Source: Verrucomicrobiia bacterium (GTDB lineage: Bacteria; Verrucomicrobiota; Verrucomicrobiia; Limisphaerales; UBA1319). From it: DNA of 64,000 bases. The notes under the pieces are model-generated. The model did not search any database and was not told the origin of the DNA. It saw only the letters and a list, made by a program, of their open reading frames with translations. Shown here one piece after another: positions 49,540 to 59,186 of the stretch (within the stretch, counting starts at the first letter, position 1; each line of letters begins with the position of its first letter). The translations under genes were made by a program, and so were the position numbers. The stretch is taken from assembly GCA_963664225.1 (NCBI GenBank), contig OY760937.1, forward strand, positions 2,688,001-2,752,000. Direction: 5' to 3'.

Positions 49540-50658
49540 TCAGACCCTGCAGAGGGAGTTGCTGGCAGCGTGGAGTTGAAATTTGCCCAGGTCCGTTTGG
49601 AGGTATGGCACCTCTACGTTTGTGCCATGCGGATATTCGATGTCGAAATTCGTATATGGCACGGTGTTTATTGTGGGAGCGGCAGCACACACAGAAGGCC
49701 AGTGTACAGGGTCTGTCAGTTGGAATTTTGATGCTAAATGGTCGCAATAGCCGGATGGTTTGCTGGACCTGGCGGGGAAGACAAAATTCGAGGCGGGACT
49801 CGGGCTACTGAAATAATTCTCCACCTTTGTAGAGAAATAGCGCACGCCGTCGAGGGTGGTTTCTGTGGTGAGCCACTGCAGGATCAACTGGGGCACCACG
49901 TATTCCGGCTTGAATGGTTCGCCTGTGTTTCTGACTTTGATCGAAGAGGCGGCAAGAAGAGGCCAGCAGACAGCCTGTGCGGTGATTAGGTCAGAGAGGC
50001 GTGAGGGGCCAGAAAGGTCTTTGGCGTGGGTACCGCTTCTTATGAGACCGGCGAACCAAGCAGGGCGCCACCCAAAATCCAGCACTTGGAAGGTGGCTCC
50101 GGAAATGGGTTTGAACCTTGCCAAGTATAGGGAATCAATTGGTGGTCTGCCATATTCTTCCCAGCACGCATAAACGGTGCTGCCTAAGTACAAGGACGGC
50201 AGTCCCAGAATGCTGTAGCGGTAGGAGGCTACTTTATGCCTTTCCTGAAACGGGACATGAAACATGTCTTGGGCCGACGTCGGTACGGGTGGTTTGTTGC
50301 CACGGATTCGGTAGAGATGGCTTATGACGTTCGAAATGTCATGGATCGAAAACATGGCCTGGAAGTGCGCCCGGGCTATGCCGAGTGCATCGGCCAATGG
50401 CTTGTAAGCGCGTGGCGGATGGCCAAGAAAATACTCTCTGATTGAGCGTTGAATCGCGTCGCAGAGCGTGAATGCCGAGGTGTACTCCTGGGCTATACGG
50501 GCTGACAGATAGCCATATGGAAATGGAGTAATCTGGCGAAACACTTTAAGGTAGTCGGCGTAGATTTGACTGATGTATTCGTCAAATGATCCGGGATAGG
50601 TTTCCCACGAGCGCGGCAGCTCAAGCTCATCGGATTCAAAGAATTCGATTATGTTCAT
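49540..50658 (-). CDS. RES-domain protein (putative NAD+ phosphorylase)
   Basis: LYRIR, YRYSILGLPSLYLG..VYACWEE, EYVVPQ and DGVRYFS (the R, E and S residues). Confidence 0.75.
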   Translation of the reverse strand: MNIIEFFESDELELPRSWETYPGSFDEYISQIYADYLKVFRQITPFPYGYLSARIAQEYTSAFTLCDAIQRSIREYFLGHPPRAYKPLADALGIARAHFQAMFSIHDISNVISHLYRIRGNKPPVPTSAQDMFHVPFQERHKVASYRYSILGLPSLYLGSTVYACWEEYGRPPIDSLYLARFKPISGATFQVLDFGWRPAWFAGLIRSGTHAKDLSGPSRLSDLITAQAVCWPLLAASSIKVRNTGEPFKPEYVVPQLILQWLTTETTLDGVRYFSTKVENYFSSPSPASNFVFPARSSKPSGYCDHLASKFQLTDPVHWPSVCAAAPTINTVPYTNFDIEYPHGTNVEVPYLQTDLGKFQLHAASNSLCRV

Positions 50659-52493
50659 TTATCCTCCGCCGATGTTACCGCCGCGTTATCGACAAGGGTT
50701 TCATTCCTGGAAATCTGTTTTTCAATACGCGGCGGTTCCTGAAGTTGTCGCAGAAGCCATTCAAGCTGAGTGCGAGCGCTCGCAATGACAGCGTGATATG
50801 ACAAGAATTTGGTCCTTTTACCGGTGTATTCATCGCAGAGTTTTGGATCGACCTCACCCCCAACGACCAATATTTCTAGCGACATGCCCAATCGTCCAGT
50901 CAGGGAATCTGCATACTGTATCGCTTGATTTTCAGCCTGCCTCCCGACTTTTAAACAAGGCCGCTTGAACTCGACTAGGAGATTCTGTCGAAGAACGTTC
51001 CCGGCAAGCAGAAGATCAGGACGGTCAGCCGCGTCCTTGTCCGTGTACTCCTGTTGAACGAATTGCTGTATTATCGTTTGAAGTTGCTGATTGCTTGCCA
51101 TCAAGCTGTATTCGTTGCCAAACACCCAGAGATTGTTCTGCAAAGCCTTGTGCATCTGGGCTTCAGTCGTCTTCTCATCGCACGCCAACCGATCAATCCA
51201 ATCCAAGAATTCAAGTCGGCGCTTCGCCTGAATACCCATGAAAGCCAAATCACAAAGGCCGAATTTCTCCAGCGCGTTAGCAAAATGAAAGACATCAACC
51301 TTCTCCGCTTCGTTGATTTCACGACAAACGGTCCAGTATTCGTCCATTTCGAGAGCATCAAGAACAAGCTCGATCAGAACATCGATTCGTTCCTCCTTTT
51401 CACCCTCCTGATAGGCTCGGCTGATTAATTTTTCAAGACGCTCACGAATGATCGGACGGCGGTGCTCCGGGACTGTCTCCAAACGGCGTTTGACCTTCTG
51501 CGCCCATCTACCTTTAGCCAAATTAAATTCTGTCGAGTGGGTTTCTGCCAGGCTATTTGTAACCACATCTTGAATAACTGACGTGAGATATTCAAAGTTC
51601 TTGTCACATTCGATGACATCCCCACCGGCAGCCGTGAGTTCGAATGCATCAGCGGCTACCGCGATTTCACCAACGACTCTGCGCCGAAGCCGGTCGGATA
51701 GCGTTTCGTTGTGCTCCAATCCAAACAGATGGGAACGCCCCATTGCTTTTTCCCCAGCCCTCAGCATTAGACCTGCTTTACTGCTCGGCACAGGCTTGTC
51801 TGCTATTGTCCAATTGACCACTGCTACTTTTCCATTGGGCAGTGTAACTTCCTTCGTGAATGATCGTCCTGCAATGTCATGGCGGAAGACTCGGTCACCA
51901 TTCACAAATACGGCAAAATCCGTTTCCTTTCCATAATCGTATGCGAGGATTTCTCGCAGGCGCTCGGATTGAGGAAAGAGAAGATTTTGATTTAAACTTC
52001 GCAGGGAAATGACTGTACCATGGTCTTTAGGATCACAATCGTCAGAACTGAGAGGCAGTGGAATCCGCTCAAGGTCCTGACCAGCTTTGAGCATATCATT
52101 CTTGGCGATGCGAAGGTTAGTGCACTTGCCATGTGCTTTTGTTTCCAGTTCCATTTCGGCGGCCAACGTGAGACCTGCAAATTTTCCGATGCCCCTGCGC
52201 CCCTTGACTGTGCGTTGACGGTTTGGGGTTTTCTCGCCCTTTCGCGTCCAGCGTGGATTCGCAATATTCAGATATTCGTTTTCGACCTCTACCGGTTTCA
52301 TTCCAGCGCCGTTGTCACTGATCATAATAGGATCAGACGACAAAATACCCGGAAGCGTGACATGCACTTCAGTTGCTTCGGCATCCCAAGCGTTGTCGAT
52401 TAATTCTTTAATGGCTTCTTCGCTTCGCCGATAGCTTTCTCCCAATATGGCCGTCAGCCTTGGGTCAACCTTGAAGTGGACGTAATTGCTCAT
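50655..52493 (-). CDS. GHKL/MORC-type ATPase fused to PD-(D/E)xK nuclease
   Basis: KELIDNAWDA, DNGAGM and GRRGIGK motifs; C-terminal E..MH…RPDLLL…VEFKRP…QAIQY. Confidence 0.85.
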   Translation of the reverse strand: MSNYVHFKVDPRLTAILGESYRRSEEAIKELIDNAWDAEATEVHVTLPGILSSDPIMISDNGAGMKPVEVENEYLNIANPRWTRKGEKTPNRQRTVKGRRGIGKFAGLTLAAEMELETKAHGKCTNLRIAKNDMLKAGQDLERIPLPLSSDDCDPKDHGTVISLRSLNQNLLFPQSERLREILAYDYGKETDFAVFVNGDRVFRHDIAGRSFTKEVTLPNGKVAVVNWTIADKPVPSSKAGLMLRAGEKAMGRSHLFGLEHNETLSDRLRRRVVGEIAVAADAFELTAAGGDVIECDKNFEYLTSVIQDVVTNSLAETHSTEFNLAKGRWAQKVKRRLETVPEHRRPIIRERLEKLISRAYQEGEKEERIDVLIELVLDALEMDEYWTVCREINEAEKVDVFHFANALEKFGLCDLAFMGIQAKRRLEFLDWIDRLACDEKTTEAQMHKALQNNLWVFGNEYSLMASNQQLQTIIQQFVQQEYTDKDAADRPDLLLAGNVLRQNLLVEFKRPCLKVGRQAENQAIQYADSLTGRLGMSLEILVVGGEVDPKLCDEYTGKRTKFLSYHAVIASARTQLEWLLRQLQEPPRIEKQISRNETLVDNAAVTSAEDK

Positions 52494-52527
52494 ATTTTCT
52501 TTTGGGGGAGGAAGGCATATCTTCCGT

Positions 52528-55500
52528 TTATTCCTTCTCGAATCCCTGATTGTTGAATTTCAGGGTGCGACAGTTCTCGCTTACGGTCCGCACTGTGGCG
52601 TCGGGCACTCCAGACGGAACACTTGCCTGAATCTCTATGGTCACTTTGACAACGGCCCCAGGGAGGCTGGCGAGGTGTTGGATCACCTCCTTGGCCAAAG
52701 CGTCCATGTCGCGACTGATACGAGTTGCATCGACCTCGACGTTACCAAAGAAGTGATTCGGCTTCTCCACTGATGAAACTGATGGCGAAGGCGAAGCCTC
52801 GGTCCCGACATCTTGCGGAGCGGAGGCTGTTGTCGGCCCGCCTGCTGCCGAAATTATCGGTGTAATCGGTGCGGACTTCGCGGATTCCTCCTCCTCCAGT
52901 TGCCTCGCAGCCCTCTCAGCTTTCACAAGCAAGCCAGGAGCACTGTCGGAAACGGCCACCACTTTCCCGGCCCGCAGGCCCAGATAGTGACCCGCTTTCT
53001 CGTCAAAACTCTCCGCAAAAGCAAACGTTTCAGAACGCCATGTCACCGATCCAATCCCCTCGCGAATCGCAGTTACCAAGACCTCTGGGTCGCGCGGACG
53101 CTGAAGATACAGGTAGCTGGCAAAGTCCTCCACCAACTGTTTTACCGCGACGTGATCCCCGCGCCACAGCGGAATCTTGTCCAGCTCCAGCCGGAGTGAT
53201 GTTGAATGAAACAATGCGATTAGTTGGCCGTCATTCTTCAACTTCTTGGCCGCACGCACCGCAAGTGAATCGCTGCCGCTGACCCTCGAAGTTTGCCATT
53301 CAAGCGCAGCTTGAGCGCTGTTTTGCATGGGAGCCAGCAGCCATTGAAAAGTCTCAAAAATCCGGCTTTGGGAAGTTTTATCCCAACTGCCCCGCTGCGA
53401 GGTCGCTTGTCGAGTTTGAAACGGATCGAGATTGAGTTGGGCCGCCTCGTCGCAAATGGACTTCCACGCGAGGAAGTATCGAGTGGCCGCCTCCAACTCA
53501 TCGAGGCGGCTCCGGTCCACGGCCAGAAAGACAAGCGTGTTGCGGTAAAGACGTGGGCTGTTTCCGCGCTTTTCCAAAATCTCTGTCGCCGCCTGGATGG
53601 CTGGATTCGGACCTTCCTTCGCGAAAGGCTTGTCCACGTTGAGCACTACCAAACGAGTTTCCAATTCATCCGGCACGTCTCCCGAGCCACTGGGAAAAGC
53701 ATGAACCTTCGGGAACTCACCTCGATTCCTCAGATCGTCTTTCACTCTCCGCTGAATCTCTTCCGCGACCTTTTCGGGCTCGCGCTTCAGCAACTCGGCC
53801 CGGTCGTCGGCTAGCTTCGTAACCGTCGGCTGAGTCGCATACCAGTAGCGGGCGTTGTCCTGATATAGATACGTCGCTGCCTGTGCGAGGTAACGCAGTG
53901 CGTCTCCAAATACTGCCGGAGCTTCACCGGGTTGAACGCAACCCAACTTAATCCGGCGGTCTTCTTCACCCCGGTTCGCCGCTCCGGGAGTAGGAGCAGA
54001 ACCGAGGAACAACGTCCGTGCCACGCGGAGACAAGCTTGGTAACGCCCCAGATTCGGGCGGTCGCCGTCAAGCTTGCGCGGTAAGGAACCAAGGCCATCC
54101 ACGTCGCGTTCGATCACCGTCTCCCATCCGCCCGGCAAATAGCTCGTGAGCTGCGACACGATGCCAGGATCATCGAGAGGGATATTGGCGGGCAGAATCA
54201 ACGGACCCTTGTCGTTGTCGGCCCAGAGCCGATGAATCACCGCAGCCATCAACCGGAGGACGCCACGCGTCCGCTGGAACTTCACCAGACCAGACCAATC
54301 CTGATACAGGCGCGCGAAGACTTCAGGATGGATGGGATACGCGGCCTTGAGTTTTCGCTCGAAGTCAGCCTCGCGGCATTCCGCGGGGAATTCCTGGTGA
54401 TGCTGCCGATACAAATCACAGAAGGCTTTGGCGGTATTGTCCCGCGCGGTGAAGAGCGTGTTGTCGCTGATCGGCTGAAATAAACGCCGCCGAACAATCT
54501 CAAAGCTCTCGTCGGCATTCGCGGGGCGCCAGGCAGTAGCCACGCGGCTCACGACATTCCGCAACGCCGCCAAGGCTGCCCGACCTCTCATGCCGCCGAC
54601 TTCTTCATCGTGTGCGTCGCTGGTAGGTGACACCCCGCCACCACCGTCCGTCGAGGCGGGCAAGCTGACTACGAGCATCGCTTGTGGCGCAGCTTTCACT
54701 TCTTCGGTGAGGGTCTGAGCGAAGGTGAACTGCGTCTCGAAGTCGCCGCCGGGTAAATCCTTATCATCGTGCAACTGGCGCGCGTAGGCGACCCACTCAT
54801 CTACGAGGATCAAGCAAGGCGAGAACTTTCGTAGAAGCTTGCCCAAGGCGTCGCCAGGATTCGTCGCCGTCTCGTCTGCCTCCTTCAGCAAGGCATAGCC
54901 CTCCTTGCCTCCGAGCTGCCAGGCGAGTTCACCCCACAAAGTGCGCACGACCGTGCCATCATCCTTCTTGTCAGGTTGCCCTGGCTTGATTTTGTTACCG
55001 ACGAGCACCACACGTTTCACACCGATTGTCAGTGCCTGCTTCGCTTCCTGCATCACGGGTTCAAGTCCAGCCAAGTCCGTCACCTGCCGTCCCGAAAACA
55101 AGTGATATAGGGCCAGCATCGAGTGCGTCTTGCCACCGCCAAAGTTGGTTTGCAGCTCCACCACCGGATCACTGCCATCCCCCGCCATCCGTCGCACCGC
55201 TCGCACGAGCAGGTCTTTCAACCCGACCGTGAGGAACGTCCGCCGGTAGAACTCCTGCGGATCACGGTATTCCTCGGAACCGCGTCCTTGGTAAACTTCC
55301 CACAGGTCCGCCGCGAACTCGGCCAACTGATAGCGTCCCGATGCAACATCAGGATGAGGGGTCACGATTTCCCGCCAAGGCTTGAGACCCGCCAGCGGCG
55401 CGTCGAGTCCCAGCGTCGTTTGGCTCTTACGGCGCTCGTGGCGAGCCTGTTCGTCGAACTTCAGCCGAAGCAATTCAGCGGACTGCTTGGTCAGTTCATC

Positions 55501-55887
55501 AGCCTGTTCCCGCGCTCCCACGGCATTGAGCAATCGTTGCATCGAGTCGAGCGCCCGGTAGGCGTCGTCCGTGGTGAACGTTTTCTGGTGCGCCCATTTG
55601 TTTCGCACCTCGATCAACTCGCTGGTCAGGCTGCGTTCGGCCCGTCCCAGCGTCTTGGCGAAGACGTCGTTCCAGCATTCCCACAGCACTTTCAGAACGG
55701 ACCCAGCGTCCCACTCAGGCGCTTCTTCGGTTCCGCCGACCTGCATTCCGGCTCCGGTGACTTGTTTCACCGTGGCCCACCATTTCACTCCATGCGCTGA
55801 TTTAAGTTCGCGCTCCACGAATGCCGGGAGTCCCGCCTTCAACGTTTCGAGAGCCTTGCCGATGCGCTCATGGTTGCTTTGTGCCAT
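52528..55887 (-). CDS. Swt1-like HEPN + DUF499 AAA+ ATPase
   Basis: N-terminal RNKWAH (HEPN Rx4H), LKPWREIVTPHPDV, Walker A TNFGGGKTH, Walker B ILVDE, FQRTRGVLR. Confidence 0.9.
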   Translation of the reverse strand: MAQSNHERIGKALETLKAGLPAFVERELKSAHGVKWWATVKQVTGAGMQVGGTEEAPEWDAGSVLKVLWECWNDVFAKTLGRAERSLTSELIEVRNKWAHQKTFTTDDAYRALDSMQRLLNAVGAREQADELTKQSAELLRLKFDEQARHERRKSQTTLGLDAPLAGLKPWREIVTPHPDVASGRYQLAEFAADLWEVYQGRGSEEYRDPQEFYRRTFLTVGLKDLLVRAVRRMAGDGSDPVVELQTNFGGGKTHSMLALYHLFSGRQVTDLAGLEPVMQEAKQALTIGVKRVVLVGNKIKPGQPDKKDDGTVVRTLWGELAWQLGGKEGYALLKEADETATNPGDALGKLLRKFSPCLILVDEWVAYARQLHDDKDLPGGDFETQFTFAQTLTEEVKAAPQAMLVVSLPASTDGGGGVSPTSDAHDEEVGGMRGRAALAALRNVVSRVATAWRPANADESFEIVRRRLFQPISDNTLFTARDNTAKAFCDLYRQHHQEFPAECREADFERKLKAAYPIHPEVFARLYQDWSGLVKFQRTRGVLRLMAAVIHRLWADNDKGPLILPANIPLDDPGIVSQLTSYLPGGWETVIERDVDGLGSLPRKLDGDRPNLGRYQACLRVARTLFLGSAPTPGAANRGEEDRRIKLGCVQPGEAPAVFGDALRYLAQAATYLYQDNARYWYATQPTVTKLADDRAELLKREPEKVAEEIQRRVKDDLRNRGEFPKVHAFPSGSGDVPDELETRLVVLNVDKPFAKEGPNPAIQAATEILEKRGNSPRLYRNTLVFLAVDRSRLDELEAATRYFLAWKSICDEAAQLNLDPFQTRQATSQRGSWDKTSQSRIFETFQWLLAPMQNSAQAALEWQTSRVSGSDSLAVRAAKKLKNDGQLIALFHSTSLRLELDKIPLWRGDHVAVKQLVEDFASYLYLQRPRDPEVLVTAIREGIGSVTWRSETFAFAESFDEKAGHYLGLRAGKVVAVSDSAPGLLVKAERAARQLEEEESAKSAPITPIISAAGGPTTASAPQDVGTEASPSPSVSSVEKPNHFFGNVEVDATRISRDMDALAKEVIQHLASLPGAVVKVTIEIQASVPSGVPDATVRTVSENCRTLKFNNQGFEKE

Positions 55888-55890
55888 AGA

Positions 55891-56913
55891 TTAGTGCTGG
55901 TTGAATTCGCTCTCCCACTCTCGCAAGAGATTTATGATCTGTTCAAAACTTGATGGTTTCCCAAAGAACATTTGCTGCATGTTAGCATAATCGTCCCGCA
56001 ACGCCTTCAAGCGATGTTCGGGCGGCGTGATGTGCAACGTCCCTATTGCCGCTTCGCCGTAGCGCGCCCAACTTGTTTTGAAGAACAGGTTCTTGTGCTG
56101 GGCAACTCGTGCGAGTAGTTCTGGCTTCGCAATGGCAGCCGTCGCCACTCCTTTGCGCACCAATTCGTGAAAATCGGCGTAGTGACGCGAGAACCGGTCC
56201 GGCATTGCCTTCTCCACCGGACGATGAAATTCGGCATGAAGGATGGTAGCCTTTTCCCAGAAGGTTCGTTCTGCCGACAGCACTTTCACATCGGCACTCG
56301 GCTCACGAAAACCCTGCGGGAATTCTTCCGCGACGTAAGGAGTGATAGTTTTTGATTCGCTTGGCCAGTGGTCTGCCCGCGCTCCCATTTCGATTTTCAC
56401 CACCCGCCGAATGTATCCGGTCGCATCGGGTTTAAAGCTGGACGGATAATCAAACATCAATGTCTGCTGGTCCGGGTCGTCATCGTCCGCACGAAGCGAC
56501 CACTTCTCCGTCGCTTGCAACTTTGCCGTGATGGCTTGCTCCAGCGCGGGTTGAAGCACGGAAGTGATTTTCTGTTGGCAGGCAGTTTTCAACGCTTCGA
56601 TCCGGCGTTGCTTCTCTTTGTTGCTCGTGCCCGCCTCCGGCTCATTTGTGCCTCCGAAACCGAGCCAGCCACGGTCAATCGAAACATCAATGTCCTCCGA
56701 AAACCGTTCGATGACCTTGAACACCTTTGAGAGGGACGTGCCGCCTTTGAAAATCAAATGTTCTCCAATCTGCGGCAGCCCGAACAATTCCTTCAACGTC
56801 CAGCAAACCCAGAAGTCTTTCTCCAGAATCACGGCGTCCATGCCGGTCTTCAATGCCGCGCTCTCGAAGAGTTCGACACGCTGCCGTTGGGAAAGTTTTA
56901 GAACAGTATCCAT
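55891..56913 (-). CDS. abiEii: AbiEii/AbiGii nucleotidyltransferase toxin (type IV TA)
   Basis: LEKDFWV, FKGGTSLSK, RFSEDID, RTFWEK and SRHYAD motifs. Confidence 0.92.
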   Translation of the reverse strand: MDTVLKLSQRQRVELFESAALKTGMDAVILEKDFWVCWTLKELFGLPQIGEHLIFKGGTSLSKVFKVIERFSEDIDVSIDRGWLGFGGTNEPEAGTSNKEKQRRIEALKTACQQKITSVLQPALEQAITAKLQATEKWSLRADDDDPDQQTLMFDYPSSFKPDATGYIRRVVKIEMGARADHWPSESKTITPYVAEEFPQGFREPSADVKVLSAERTFWEKATILHAEFHRPVEKAMPDRFSRHYADFHELVRKGVATAAIAKPELLARVAQHKNLFFKTSWARYGEAAIGTLHITPPEHRLKALRDDYANMQQMFFGKPSSFEQIINLLREWESEFNQH

Positions 56914-56916
56914 GCC

Positions 56917-57525
56917 TCAAGGTTGAGTGATCTCCTGGGCAATTGGGCGCATCCAAGCCACGAGTTCGGGAGTGAGGGATGCCAAACTCTTCTTGGTGTC
57001 CACGTCCAAGGTTTTCCTGAGCTTGTCCACATGCTTCGGCATGTCTGCGCTGCCTTTCAGATAACGGAGAGCCTGAATCACCAATCCTGCCCGCTGGCCA
57101 ACGCCCAGCAGATTGCGCGGCGCGGAGCGGCGAAACACCAGCGTCAATTTCCCCAACGACACTTTTCGTGGCAGGCCATCCGTCAAGATTATGATCTTGG
57201 CTGGCACCTGCTCCGACAGCCCCAACGCATTGGCGGCGTAGGTTCCAGTGAATTGCCACTTTGCGTGGCTGCCATCCATTAACGCCTGCACCGTCGCCAT
57301 AATGTTCGGCGCGGTTTGCCCGGTGATGGGATGGGCACGCGGCAAGTCGTAAAGCCCACGACGAATCCGCCGAATCTCCCCCGCCTTCACCAATCGGCTC
57401 AACGCCTTCCGGACCGCGTCCGGGTTGCCTAGTTCGGCAAAATGCCTTGGCGCGAATACCGAAGCATTCGGTTTTGCCCGCATGGACCGAAGGATCGATT
57501 TATCAATTGATTGGGCCGCTTTCAT
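56917..57525 (-). CDS. AbiEi-like antitoxin / DUF6088 wHTH regulator
   Basis: VRKALSRLVKAGEIRRIRRGLY and AANALGLSEQVP motifs; start set at MKAAQ (57525). Confidence 0.88.
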   Translation of the reverse strand: MKAAQSIDKSILRSMRAKPNASVFAPRHFAELGNPDAVRKALSRLVKAGEIRRIRRGLYDLPRAHPITGQTAPNIMATVQALMDGSHAKWQFTGTYAANALGLSEQVPAKIIILTDGLPRKVSLGKLTLVFRRSAPRNLLGVGQRAGLVIQALRYLKGSADMPKHVDKLRKTLDVDTKKSLASLTPELVAWMRPIAQEITQP

Positions 57526-57536
57526 CGTGTTTCCAT

Positions 57537-57566
57537 TGTCACACAAACTGACCAGTATTTGTGACA
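57537..57566. promoter_or_regulatory. Inverted repeat, probable AbiEi autoregulatory operator
   Basis: TGTCACA-16 nt-TGTGACA, 11 nt upstream of the antitoxin start. Confidence 0.6.
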
Positions 57567-57668
57567 GACATTGCGTTGCGTTGCAAGCCGATTCTGGCAA
57601 ATCCAAAGCCAGAATATCGAGACCCCTGTTTGACACAAAACCCATCGGCGAACCTGTGAAAGTTAGCG

Positions 57669-59186
57669 TCAAATGTAGTGCCTGAATGGGAGTGGTGCAT
57701 TGGGCACGGTTGGTCCGCTGACCAAAACTTCGCCAACGGCGTCAGCAAATTTCAGCGTGACCGGCACGCCGTCGGCAAATCTGCACGAGTTGTAATTCAA
57801 CTTGGTCAAAGCGAGCACGTCTTGGAGGACCGTTTCGATTGGTGCTTCGCCCCTGTTGACCTCAACAAACAACGGCGACGGAACTTCTTTGCCGGGATAT
57901 GTTTGGAGACGAGGAGTGAAACCGCGTGACCAAAGATAAGCGGATCGGCTGTCCTGGACCCAGGCTGTCCCTCGCATAACAGGCATCGAACCCTGCTCGC
58001 GGTAGAGCCTGAAACCATCGCCATCATCAATCTTAACGCCCACAACCTGAGTGCGTTTTCCCGCCGCTTCCAGGAAGCCGTTCCATTCTGGCTCTTCAAA
58101 ACGAACTCTTCCATGAACAAAAAGCTGTTCAGGGGGGTTCCCGTCGTGCTTGGCCTTGTAGGACTCAACGGCTTGGATCAACAACTGATAGGCTGCGTTT
58201 GTGGTCAGATGGAAATGGCCTCGCTTTCCCGTCATCCACGGGCCGACGTTGCCCTTGAAAACCACTCCGTCACCGGAATCAAGGAACATTTGTGCGGCGC
58301 AACAAGCCGCCTGCGGATCGGCGTTCTTCTCATCGCGCTTGTAGGCGAGACCGACGTAGCAGACACCTTTTCTCACGCCGTTCAACTTCCACGGACGGCC
58401 GCCCACCTTGTAGTAAATCGCCGATCCCAAGTTCCACGCGATCTCCGATTGCAACTTGTCCAGTTGACGCGTTGGCTTTCCAGCCTTGTTCAAAAACTCG
58501 CGATGCGCGAGAGTGCTTTCGCGCACGACTTGAGTCAGGATGCTCTGCGATAATAGCCGCCCCTTGATTTGATTTCTGAAATCCGGATCATATTGATAGG
58601 GAACCGCCGCTTCGTTCCACTCCCTAAACAACGCTGGCTGCTTTTGAAGTCGATGCGCTTCCGATGGCTTCATCGTTCCAGTCGTTCCAACGCGAAGTCC
58701 CCTTTCTACCGTCTGCGCAGGGCGGCAATATCTATAAACATCCTCGGGTGCGATGATGAACCAGAGTGTCGGCTTGTCCTCCTCCGTGCGTATGGCTTCC
58801 AAAATCCGTGCGGTGACAAACCCCGCCGTCTCGTAAACTCGCTTGAACCGCTCGCCAATGAGCACATGCTTCATCAAGTCCGACTCATCGAACTCGACGC
58901 TAACAAGCGGCTTTACATTGAAAGGAATGCCGAACGCCGCCTCGAATCCTGGGAATGGTGGCCGTAGGCGTGTTGGTTTTTCCTCCACGACCGGGTGCTG
59001 GATTTTCTGCACCCACTCCGCGAAGCGGCGGATACCCGTCTTCGTTCCGATGACACCGTAACGAACGCCGAAAGTCTGAGCTGAATCGAATGGCCCGAAG
59101 AGACTCAAACCGTCGCGTGGGTCTTCGACACTTTGGCCGTGCCCGAACAGCAGCGTCGGTTCAGGTAAATGGATGAGCTTGTTCAC
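57669..59186 (-). CDS. Short prokaryotic Argonaute (MID-PIWI*, catalytically inactive)
   Basis: EPTLLFGHGQ..EDPRDGL.LFGP, IYYKVGGRPWKL, CYVGLAYK (no catalytic Asp), CCAAQMFLDSGDG, LTKLNYN…PVTLKFA, C-terminal PFRHYI. Confidence 0.95.
   Translation of the reverse strand: MNKLIHLPEPTLLFGHGQSVEDPRDGLSLFGPFDSAQTFGVRYGVIGTKTGIRRFAEWVQKIQHPVVEEKPTRLRPPFPGFEAAFGIPFNVKPLVSVEFDESDLMKHVLIGERFKRVYETAGFVTARILEAIRTEEDKPTLWFIIAPEDVYRYCRPAQTVERGLRVGTTGTMKPSEAHRLQKQPALFREWNEAAVPYQYDPDFRNQIKGRLLSQSILTQVVRESTLAHREFLNKAGKPTRQLDKLQSEIAWNLGSAIYYKVGGRPWKLNGVRKGVCYVGLAYKRDEKNADPQAACCAAQMFLDSGDGVVFKGNVGPWMTGKRGHFHLTTNAAYQLLIQAVESYKAKHDGNPPEQLFVHGRVRFEEPEWNGFLEAAGKRTQVVGVKIDDGDGFRLYREQGSMPVMRGTAWVQDSRSAYLWSRGFTPRLQTYPGKEVPSPLFVEVNRGEAPIETVLQDVLALTKLNYNSCRFADGVPVTLKFADAVGEVLVSGPTVPNAPLPFRHYI

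Noticed and set aside
57526..57672. N-terminal extension of the AbiEi ORF overlapping the pAgo stop
   Set aside because: Non-ATG start, not protein-like, and spans the operator inverted repeat; start moved to 57525.
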